This document shows positions 1 through 6,916 of a stretch of DNA of 10,205 nucleotides, in pieces. Positions within the stretch are counted from its first letter, which is position 1, and every line of letters starts with the position of its first letter. Below the pieces are notes generated by a model. The model had not been told where the DNA came from, made no database searches, and worked only from the letters and a program-made list of their open reading frames with translations. Where the stretch lies: assembly GCA_016839445.1 (NCBI GenBank), contig JAEOUG010000152.1, forward strand, positions 1 through 10,205, given 5' to 3'. The position numbers and the translations under genes were made by a program. This DNA is from Candidatus Thorarchaeota archaeon. Lineage in GTDB: Archaea > Asgardarchaeota > Thorarchaeia > Thorarchaeales > Thorarchaeaceae.

Positions 1-87
1 AAGGATGCAGTGGAAGATCTCAAGGCAGATATCATAGCGGGTATAATCCCGATTGATAACTACAACCACACCTACTGGCTAGATTAG
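1..87 (+). CDS. 3' end (partial) of a probable BMP-family (basic membrane protein) ABC substrate-binding protein
   Basis: Frame 1 is open from base 1 and reads KDAVEDLKADIIAGIIPIDNYNHTYWLD*, with TAG at 85-87. 'AVEDLKADIIAGII' resembles the typical BMP/PnrA C-terminus, and the position directly upstream of a CUT2 ATPase and two permeases is the usual operon order. Confidence 0.75.
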   Translation, partial: KDAVEDLKADIIAGIIPIDNYNHTYWLD

Positions 88-88
88 A

Positions 89-128
89 AGCGTGAGGCTC
101 TGTCCTCCGCTCCTTTCTCTTTTTTTTT
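89..128 (+). terminator. Hairpin plus oligo-T tract; probable terminator or attenuator after the binding-protein gene
   Basis: AGCG(T)GAGG-CTCTGT-CCTCCGCT (89-111) can form an 8-bp stem with one bulge. It is followed by CCTTTCTC and a run of 9 T (120-128), starting right after the TAG at 87. Confidence 0.65.
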
Positions 129-184
129 GTCTTGTCGGCCCATGAGAGATAGGTATGGGAGCGCACCTCGAATTGGCCCGTCTA

Positions 185-204
185 GCCCTATTGTTATATA
201 GGGC
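185..204 (+). promoter_or_regulatory. Putative TATA box (TTATATA, 194-200) inside a 7-bp inverted repeat; internal promoter/operator for the ATPase-permease genes
   Basis: The sequence is GCCCTAT-TGTTAT-ATAGGGC with perfect arms at 185-191 and 198-204. The AT-rich box lies about 63 nt upstream of ATG 263. Confidence 0.5.
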
Positions 205-262
205 GATGCCGTTTGCTTGGCAGGCTACACATCCACTTGGCCGGAACATGAAGGAGTGCACC

Positions 263-2062
263 ATGGTGTACGCTGTTGAACTGGAGAACATCAGCAAGAC
301 CTTCCCGGGTGGTGTTGAAGCAAACAAGGACATCACCTTGAGAATAAAGGAGGGCGAGGTCCACGGTCTTCTTGGGGAAAATGGGGCGGGCAAGAGCACC
401 CTCATGAATATCCTCTATGGACTGCTCTCTTGTGACACTGGACGTATCAAGATCCGAGGCGAAGAGGTCCACCTCACAACCCCTGAAGACGCCATTGTGA
501 AAGGCGTCGGCATGGTTCATCAGCACTTCAAACTGGTGCCGCCTCTGACTGTTACCGAGAATGTGATGATGGGGTCGGAGCCCCGGGACCCTGAGCCAGA
601 CATGAGAATGCGGTATGGCCTCATTGCCATTTCCCTCATCGCCATTCTTCTGGCCTACTTGAATATGGATATCATTGGAGCCACCGTTGCCACAGTGGTC
701 TACTTTGTTATCCTGGTCCTCGCCTTTGAGGCACTTGGCATCCTCAAATGGATCCATCTTCGGTTCGTGGCCGCGCAAGAAAAGCGCACCGGACGGTCGG
801 CTCAGTTCGTTGGCATATTCACGAGCATCTTCGGCTACCTCCGTTATGCTATCCTGAATATGACTTCAATAGGATTCTCAGAGGCAAAAGAGAAGATCAA
901 GAGAATCGCTGAAGAGAACGGTCTGACCATCGACCCTGAAGCAAAGGTCGCAGACATCTCGGTTGGTCTCCAGCAACGCGTTGAAATTGTGAAGGCCCTG
1001 TACAGAGAAGCTGAGATACTCATTCTGGATGAGCCCACGTCGGTTCTAACGCCTCAGGAGGTCGATGAGCTTTTCCTTACACTTAACAAGTTCAGAGACA
1101 GCGGTAAGACGATAATCCTAATCACGCACAAGCTTCGCGAACCGATGGCACTCTGTGACAGAATCAGCGTTCTCAGAGATGGCGAGCTGGTAGGAACCGT
1201 GGACAAGAAAGACACATCCCCGGAGCAGCTCGCCCAGATGATGGTCGGTAGGGAGGTCGTATTCCGCGTCGAGAAGCCGCCTGCCAGTCCTGGCGACGCA
1301 GTACTTCATGTTGAAGACTTACACGTGAATGACATAAGAGGCGTACCTGCGGTCAAGGGGATCTCGCTTGACGTACGACGGGGAGAGATCTTCGGAATAG
1401 CCGGCGTGGAAGGCAACGGTCAAACAGAACTAGTAGAAGCTCTGGCGGGTCTGCGGAGGCCCTCAAGAGGCCGCATAACAGTGGACGGCAATGATATCAC
1501 GCGAGCCAGCCCGCGCAGGGTTCGCGAGGCGGGAGTTGCGCACATTCCTGAGGACAGGCATCGTCGTGGACTTGTCCTTCCATTTACCATCAAGGAGAAT
1601 CTCGTAATCGGAAGGCACTACCAGAAGCCATTCGCAGAAGGTGCCATGCTACAGAACCGGCCAATGGCCAAGGTATCGCGCGATTTGGTCGACGAGTACT
1701 CTATCAAGATAGGTGGAATCGATTCACTGGCCAACACGCTATCAGGTGGTAACCAGCAAAAGCTTGTGGTTGCCAGAGAGTTGTCAACGTCACCCAAACT
1801 AATACTGGCGGCACAACCAACTCGAGGACTGGACGTTGGAGCTACCGAATTCGTACACAACACTCTGATCAGAATGCAGCAGGCGGGTGCGGGCATCCTA
1901 CTTGTTTCAGCTGAGCTTGATGAGATTCGCAACCTATCGGACAGAATCGCCGTAATCTATGAAGGTCGAATTGTGGCCGTCAAGGAGAGAGACGAGGCTA
2001 CGCAGGAGCAGCTGGGGCTGCTGATGGCCGGTCACGGTGAGGACGAGGAGGCGATAGTGTGA
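263..2062 (+). CDS. ABC transporter ATP-binding protein, CUT2/nucleoside type (NupA/YufO-like, two fused NBDs), with an internal hydrophobic insertion
   Basis: NBD1 has Walker A GENGAGKST, Q-loop VHQHF, degenerate signature ISVGLQQR, Walker B ILILDEPT and H-loop ITHKL. NBD2 has degenerate Walker A GVEGNGQT and intact signature LSGGNQQK. The start is moved from 155 to ATG 263 (MVYAVELENISKTF, 599 aa) because AAGGAG lies at 251-256 and the upstream extension would cover the putative promoter. Confidence 0.95.
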   Translation: MVYAVELENISKTFPGGVEANKDITLRIKEGEVHGLLGENGAGKSTLMNILYGLLSCDTGRIKIRGEEVHLTTPEDAIVKGVGMVHQHFKLVPPLTVTENVMMGSEPRDPEPDMRMRYGLIAISLIAILLAYLNMDIIGATVATVVYFVILVLAFEALGILKWIHLRFVAAQEKRTGRSAQFVGIFTSIFGYLRYAILNMTSIGFSEAKEKIKRIAEENGLTIDPEAKVADISVGLQQRVEIVKALYREAEILILDEPTSVLTPQEVDELFLTLNKFRDSGKTIILITHKLREPMALCDRISVLRDGELVGTVDKKDTSPEQLAQMMVGREVVFRVEKPPASPGDAVLHVEDLHVNDIRGVPAVKGISLDVRRGEIFGIAGVEGNGQTELVEALAGLRRPSRGRITVDGNDITRASPRRVREAGVAHIPEDRHRRGLVLPFTIKENLVIGRHYQKPFAEGAMLQNRPMAKVSRDLVDEYSIKIGGIDSLANTLSGGNQQKLVVARELSTSPKLILAAQPTRGLDVGATEFVHNTLIRMQQAGAGILLVSAELDEIRNLSDRIAVIYEGRIVAVKERDEATQEQLGLLMAGHGEDEEAIV

Positions 2063-3534
2063 CCATAGAGACCATAGAGGTAGAGCAGGAACCAGAGAAG
2101 ATGGACTTCTTCTCTCGACTCAGGAAGTCGATTGCGGACAGATTCAACGATCCATCGTCGCAACGGCAGGTCATGTGGGCGTTGGGCTCAATCCTGATGG
2201 CTATGATTATCGCCACAGTAATGATGGTCATCGCCGGCTACGACGCACTTCTGGCATGGATAGCTCTGATACGTGGGATGATTGTACGTTGGGATAGAAC
2301 ACTACTAGAGGCGACTCCGCTGGTATTCACAGGTCTCTCGGTCGGTCTGGCGTTCAAGTGCGGTCTCTTCAACATCGGCCCTGAGGGGCAGCTCTATGTA
2401 GGCTCAATGGTAGCGGCACTCACTGGATATCTTGTTGCATTGCCGATAGGGATTCACCCGATTGCATGCATTGCAGTCGCTGCCGGAGCTGGCTTCTTGT
2501 GGGGTCTTCTCCCGGGGATTCTCAAGGCATACAGAGGCGCACATGAAGTTGTAACAACAATGATGATGAGCTATATTGCCATCAATCTCACTTCGTGGCT
2601 TGTCCGGGGCCCATTCAAGGAGCCGAATCAGATGGTGGATCAGACACCAGACCTCCTAACAAGCGCATGGCTACCGACCATCTATCGAGAAGCCACTGTT
2701 GGCATATTGGTGGCTCTGTTCATAGTCTTCCTAGTTGATGTCTTCATCAACAAGACAGTAATCGGTTTCGAGATGCGCGCCGTGGGTCTCAATATGGATG
2801 CCGCCGAGTATTCAGGAATCAATGCCAAGAGGAATATGGCTCTCGCATTAGGGATTGCTGGTGCATTGGCAGGTATCGGAGGAGCAGTTGAGATGCAGGG
2901 CAACCTCCACCGCTTCGAGGCAAACTGGTCCAAGGGCTATGGGTGGGACGGTATCACTGTCGCAGTGCTGGGGAACAACTCACCCTGGGGAATCCTGTTG
3001 GGAGCTCTTCTATTCGGTGCACTTCGTACAGGGGGGCGTGAGATGCAGCGGTACGGTTTCGCGCCTGAAGAGATCATCGCCGTTGTTCAAGGGCTGGTTG
3101 TGTTGTTCATTGCGGCTCCAAGAATCATTGAGTATGTATCTAAGACATTCACAGAAGAGGGTCAGCGCGTGAAGGTGGACCGCAGAGAGGCCGCTCCGTT
3201 TCTCCTTGGTGCCAGCATAGCGCTGGCTGGCACTGTGTTTGGCATCGCAGGTGTGACACTGATTGCCAACATGATCTTCCTTTGGGTAATCCTTCTGGGA
3301 GGAATCGTGGGCGTCTACTCCTTCATGAAGTTCTTAGTTAGAGACCAGGCCGCCACAAACGCGCTACTCATCGAAGGCCTCATCTGGTTAGGTGTTGCTG
3401 CGGCGATGTTCTCTGGCTCAATGCTGGTCGTTGGTGTCTTTGGCGTTCTCGGTTTCATGAGCATCGTCGGCGCTCTTGTGCTTAGAGGGATGATTCGTGA
3501 GAGGGCAGGGACCCAAGGGGGAGGTGATCTCTAG
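2059..3534 (+). CDS. ABC transporter permease (BPD_transp_2 family, NupB/YufP-like) with an extra C-terminal ~4-TM extension
   Basis: Contains family motifs TPLVFTGLSVGLAFKCGLFNIGPEGQ, AHEVVTTMMMSYIA, GFEMRAVGLN and GYGWDGITVAVLG. The GTG start overlaps the ATPase TGA (GTGA), with a GAGGAGG SD upstream. Confidence 0.93.
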   Translation: MTIETIEVEQEPEKMDFFSRLRKSIADRFNDPSSQRQVMWALGSILMAMIIATVMMVIAGYDALLAWIALIRGMIVRWDRTLLEATPLVFTGLSVGLAFKCGLFNIGPEGQLYVGSMVAALTGYLVALPIGIHPIACIAVAAGAGFLWGLLPGILKAYRGAHEVVTTMMMSYIAINLTSWLVRGPFKEPNQMVDQTPDLLTSAWLPTIYREATVGILVALFIVFLVDVFINKTVIGFEMRAVGLNMDAAEYSGINAKRNMALALGIAGALAGIGGAVEMQGNLHRFEANWSKGYGWDGITVAVLGNNSPWGILLGALLFGALRTGGREMQRYGFAPEEIIAVVQGLVVLFIAAPRIIEYVSKTFTEEGQRVKVDRREAAPFLLGASIALAGTVFGIAGVTLIANMIFLWVILLGGIVGVYSFMKFLVRDQAATNALLIEGLIWLGVAAAMFSGSMLVVGVFGVLGFMSIVGALVLRGMIRERAGTQGGGDL

Positions 3535-4481
3535 TGGCAACTCCTATTGAGATACTCTTCCTGCTGTCCCTCCAGATGTCAGTACCCCTAGTACTAACAG
3601 CACTGGGTGGTATGTTCTCCGAGCGTTCTGGAGTCGTCAACATTGGACTAGAAGGAATGATGCTGATTGGAGCGTTCATGGCGGTCTGGGTGACGGATAT
3701 GGCACGGAGTCCTTGGATAGGCCTCATAGGGGCTGCCATAGGCGGTGGTGCACTGGCCTTTGTCCATGCAGTCATCTGTGTGAAATACAAGGGCAATCAC
3801 ATTGTCAGCGGCGCCGGCCTAATCCTGATTGGAGCAGGGCTCACAGAGTTTGGATCTAAGGCAATCTGGGGACACAAGGGATACTCTGATCCACTTCCGT
3901 CGTTCCTGGTCCTGCCGAAGATCGAGATTCCTGGAGCAGAGAATATCCCGGTTGTAGGCTACGCACTATCCTCAATGTCACCAATGATCTACCTGATGTT
4001 CCTCATGGTCATCATTTGCTGGTACGTCATGTACAGGACTCCCTTTGGTCTGAGACTCAGAGCAGCGGGAGAAGACCCTAGCACACTGGACGCGGCCGGG
4101 GTCAGTGTCGAGCAGACCCGCATGATTGGCGTCGTCATCAGTGGTGTGATGGCGGGATTGGGAGGAGCTTACCTGTCTATAGGATACAACAGTGCCTTCG
4201 GGTCCGGCATGACCGCTGGACGCGGGTTCATCTCACTGGCAGCTCTCATCTTCGGGAATTGGACTCCTATTGGATGTGCTCTTGCGGGTATGTTCTTTGG
4301 ATTCCTCTATGGACTGGGGATTCTCATCGAGGGATTGGAACAGTTTGCGTTTCTCGACCCATACACCGAGTTTGTAGCGATGATTCCGTATGTGTTCGTT
4401 ATCGTTGCACTGGCTGGCATTCGCAGGTCTGTTCCGCCCAAGTCAATCGGAGTGCCCTATGAGAAGGAAAAGCGAGCCTAG
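3534..4481 (+). CDS. ABC transporter permease (BPD_transp_2 family, NupC/YufQ-like)
   Basis: Contains motifs PLVLTALGGMFSERSGVVNIGLEGMML, RTPFGLRLRAAGEDP, GMTAGRGFISLAALIFGNW and a C-terminal PKSIGVPY. The GTG start overlaps the previous TAG by 1 nt, with SD GGAGGTGA at 3520-3527. Confidence 0.95.
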   Translation: MATPIEILFLLSLQMSVPLVLTALGGMFSERSGVVNIGLEGMMLIGAFMAVWVTDMARSPWIGLIGAAIGGGALAFVHAVICVKYKGNHIVSGAGLILIGAGLTEFGSKAIWGHKGYSDPLPSFLVLPKIEIPGAENIPVVGYALSSMSPMIYLMFLMVIICWYVMYRTPFGLRLRAAGEDPSTLDAAGVSVEQTRMIGVVISGVMAGLGGAYLSIGYNSAFGSGMTAGRGFISLAALIFGNWTPIGCALAGMFFGFLYGLGILIEGLEQFAFLDPYTEFVAMIPYVFVIVALAGIRRSVPPKSIGVPYEKEKRA

Positions 4482-4498
4482 GCGAACGAAGGGAGCTC

Positions 4499-6049
4499 CT
4501 AGGAAACGAGCCAGACGTTCAGACTCGTCAGGCCAACCCAGCCACTTAAATAGCTAGCAGAGACTGGAACACCTGTTTCCAGAGAAACGACCAATTCCCA
4601 GGAGACATAGCCATCGGGCAAAATCGTCATTGAATACTGGAGATGCATATACCCCTCTGAGATCCACGACCGGTACCCACTTGAACCAGAGTCAGGAAAG
4701 AACCCGTCGATGCTGGCCCACATCCCAACGGGAAGATAGGCCCTTGATATGAGCCGAGCCACGCTATTCTCCATGTACTCATATCCACTGGTCCCCCCAG
4801 AGAACTCGCACGATAGCTTGTAGCTCTCGACAAGAGAGTTGATGAACGACGAGGGCGTGTAGATGCCATGGAGTGGAGGAGGGTTGTGAAGGGTCGCGTT
4901 TACCATTCCATATGATACGGGACTGGGATCACCGGAGAATGATTGGGAGTACTGATAGGCAAACTGATGAAACGTCATCGCCTCGTCGCTCCAGTGCGCT
5001 CTAACAGCAGATGTATCAACTGCAGCAATCGACACCGCTGCAACGAGAATCACGAGGACTACCACTGCGACTCCTGCTCTTCGTGTCTGAGCTAGAGAGT
5101 ATTGCTCTGTGAAGGTTATACCACCATATCTTCTTGGGGCAACATCTAAGCCGAGACTTGCGCCTTCGCTCTGCCACAGCCAACCGCTAAGCATGAACCA
5201 ACCGCAGATCAACAGCAGCATACCGAAGAAAAAGAAGCCCAGCACGAAAGACGCAATCGGCGCTATGATATAATAGCAATATCCTACACAGAAACTGGAC
5301 GCGAGCAACATCTGTGTTGTCGAGGTGAAGATTACAATCGCTGCAAGAGTCATCAGGGTGAAGACAGTCATGACCCAGATGTACTGCGAACTCTCCTCTC
5401 GAAGCCTCGACCACATTGCACGGGCCGCAGTGAAGGGATTGGCTCCATAGCTCACTCTCCACTGGAACGCCGAGAAGTTGAGTGTCCAGAACGTACACCA
5501 GGCCAGTGTCACAGCCCAAAGTAGTTGCGATGGTATGCTTCCGGGGTCTCCGAACGCTAGGAAGACGAAAACGAGAAGCGCAACAACGGGGAGGTTGACA
5601 ACCAGACTCACAACGCTTCCATAAGCAAGCATGGAGATGACGCTAGTGGGTGTGCCAGGAGAAGCGGCTTCTCGATGGCCTATCCGCTGTGCCAGCTCCA
5701 CCTGCAGCAGGCCCAATCCTAGCATACCTGAAGCGCAGAACGGTATGAGGACAATAGCCCGGGAGATGACTTGGGGGAGGCTACCAGAGGTGAAGAAGGA
5801 GTAGTCAGAGAAACCTGCCAAGACGAGGTACAAGTGGGAGGAGTAGTCAGGAGGAAGAAGACTGACGATGCCCGCAATTCCCAGGACCGTCGTCGCGAAG
5901 ACGACTAACGTGACTATGAGTGATTTGAGTGAAGCCCAGACACATCCCCAGGGGTTGTCGATGATCACATCGTACGCACTATCAGCTGCGCTCAAGAGGC
6001 TCATGACCAGATTCCTCCCAGACACGCTTGGCATACGTAAGGGATGCAC
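4499..6049 (-). CDS. Hypothetical multi-pass membrane protein: ~6-7 TM N-terminal domain, then a further TM helix and a C-terminal soluble domain
   Basis: A 516-codon ORF that fills the gap between convergent and divergent genes. It has many hydrophobic segments in aa 40-292, then RRAGVAVVVLVILVAAVSIAAV and a ~170-aa Ser/Gly/aromatic-rich domain. The start is uncertain (GTG 6049, ATG 6034 or ATG 6004). Confidence 0.75.
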   Translation of the reverse strand: MHPLRMPSVSGRNLVMSLLSAADSAYDVIIDNPWGCVWASLKSLIVTLVVFATTVLGIAGIVSLLPPDYSSHLYLVLAGFSDYSFFTSGSLPQVISRAIVLIPFCASGMLGLGLLQVELAQRIGHREAASPGTPTSVISMLAYGSVVSLVVNLPVVALLVFVFLAFGDPGSIPSQLLWAVTLAWCTFWTLNFSAFQWRVSYGANPFTAARAMWSRLREESSQYIWVMTVFTLMTLAAIVIFTSTTQMLLASSFCVGYCYYIIAPIASFVLGFFFFGMLLLICGWFMLSGWLWQSEGASLGLDVAPRRYGGITFTEQYSLAQTRRAGVAVVVLVILVAAVSIAAVDTSAVRAHWSDEAMTFHQFAYQYSQSFSGDPSPVSYGMVNATLHNPPPLHGIYTPSSFINSLVESYKLSCEFSGGTSGYEYMENSVARLISRAYLPVGMWASIDGFFPDSGSSGYRSWISEGYMHLQYSMTILPDGYVSWELVVSLETGVPVSASYLSGWVGLTSLNVWLVS

Positions 6050-6194
6050 TAGGATATCATTCTACTTGTGAAACATGAAACACAAAGGATGATGAAGGGC
6101 GCGACTTCGAGAGGAGGGAGTGAGATTGAATCTGCTGCCATCATCTGGCTCTTTGGAGCCACAGGAATACGGAAGAGGGAAATGTCCATCTCCT

Positions 6195-6210
6195 GAAAGC
6201 TATTATAGCT
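6195..6210 (+). promoter_or_regulatory. Putative BRE/TATA promoter of the GTPase gene, within the palindrome AGCTAT-T-ATAGCT
   Basis: GAAAG-CTATTATAGCT has a purine-rich BRE-like GAAA followed by TATTATA (6201-6207). The palindrome spans 6198-6210, about 60 nt upstream of GTG 6271, in the divergent intergenic region. Confidence 0.55.
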
Positions 6211-6270
6211 ACAATACCAGTCGGTCTTTCTGGAAGACGGCCAAACATAGACCCAAAGGAGCGAATCAGT

Positions 6271-6846
6271 GTGAGTCCCGACAGCAACAACACTATCATG
6301 TTCAAAATGGCTCTCATCGGAGATCCAGCTGTCGGGAAGACGAGTCTCAGGCGCAAGTTCCTAGGACAGGGCTTCATTCATAGCCACATAGCCACAATTG
6401 GTGTTGACTTCGCTCAGAAGTATGTAGGCGTTGACGGCAGGACCATCCGCCTTGTGATCTGGGATTTGGCAGGCCAGCAATCCTACGAGTCCGTCAGGAA
6501 GCACTACTACCAGGGATGCAGTTCTTTGATTCTAGTGTACTCGGTCATGGAGCGGGAAACCTTCGACAATGCTTCTCGCTGGCTAGTAGAGGCCTACAAG
6601 TACATGGGAGAGCTGCCACCAACAGCGATTCTTGCCAACAAGACCGACCTGCGAGACCAGAATCCTGAGGGTGCTGTAACCACTGAGGAAGGACAGGCGT
6701 TCGCTGAGCTGTTCAAGGAGAAGTTGCAGGTTCCCGCCTTCTTCAGAGAAACCTGCGCCCTTACTGGCGACAACGTAGAAGAGACCTTCCTCGAACTCTC
6801 GAGGATGATGATTGCCGAACACGAAGCAAGACTCATTCCGAAGTAG
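6271..6846 (+). CDS. Rab-like small GTPase (Ras superfamily; eukaryotic signature protein)
   Basis: G1 GDPAVGKTS, G2/RabF1 TIGVDF, RabF2-like RLVIW, G3 WDLAGQ, RabF4-like YYQGC, RabF5-like LVYSVM, G4 NKTD and G5 ETCAL are present. AGGAG at 6257-6261 precedes GTG 6271; ATG 6298 is an alternative start. Confidence 0.95.
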   Translation: MSPDSNNTIMFKMALIGDPAVGKTSLRRKFLGQGFIHSHIATIGVDFAQKYVGVDGRTIRLVIWDLAGQQSYESVRKHYYQGCSSLILVYSVMERETFDNASRWLVEAYKYMGELPPTAILANKTDLRDQNPEGAVTTEEGQAFAELFKEKLQVPAFFRETCALTGDNVEETFLELSRMMIAEHEARLIPK

Positions 6847-6916
6847 ATGGGATCTTCCTGCATCTGCAAAGATTGAATAGGAAAGCCAACGCAAGTCATC
6901 TCGGAAGTGATGAGAG

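Noticed and set aside
155-262. 36-aa N-terminal extension of the ATPase in the ORF track
   Set aside because: It does not resemble an ABC domain and it overlaps the putative promoter. ATG 263 has an AAGGAG SD and gives the normal family N-terminus.
584-868. Intein or mobile element as the explanation for the ATPase insertion
   Set aside because: It lacks a Cys/Ser start with His-Asn end, has no endonuclease motifs or terminal repeats, and is hydrophobic and shorter than typical mini-inteins.
2062-2079. Tandem 9-bp repeat ACCATAGAG x2
   Set aside because: There are only two in-frame copies (TIE-TIE) in a variable N-terminus, so it is not an array.
79-3796. Antisense and alternate-frame ORFs over the ABC genes (79-405, 194-778, 675-857, 844-1038, 1118-1309, 1618-1932, 1998-2231, 2682-2933, 2855-3172, 3482-3796)
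   Set aside because: These are shadow ORFs overlapping well-supported genes, with no recognisable motifs.
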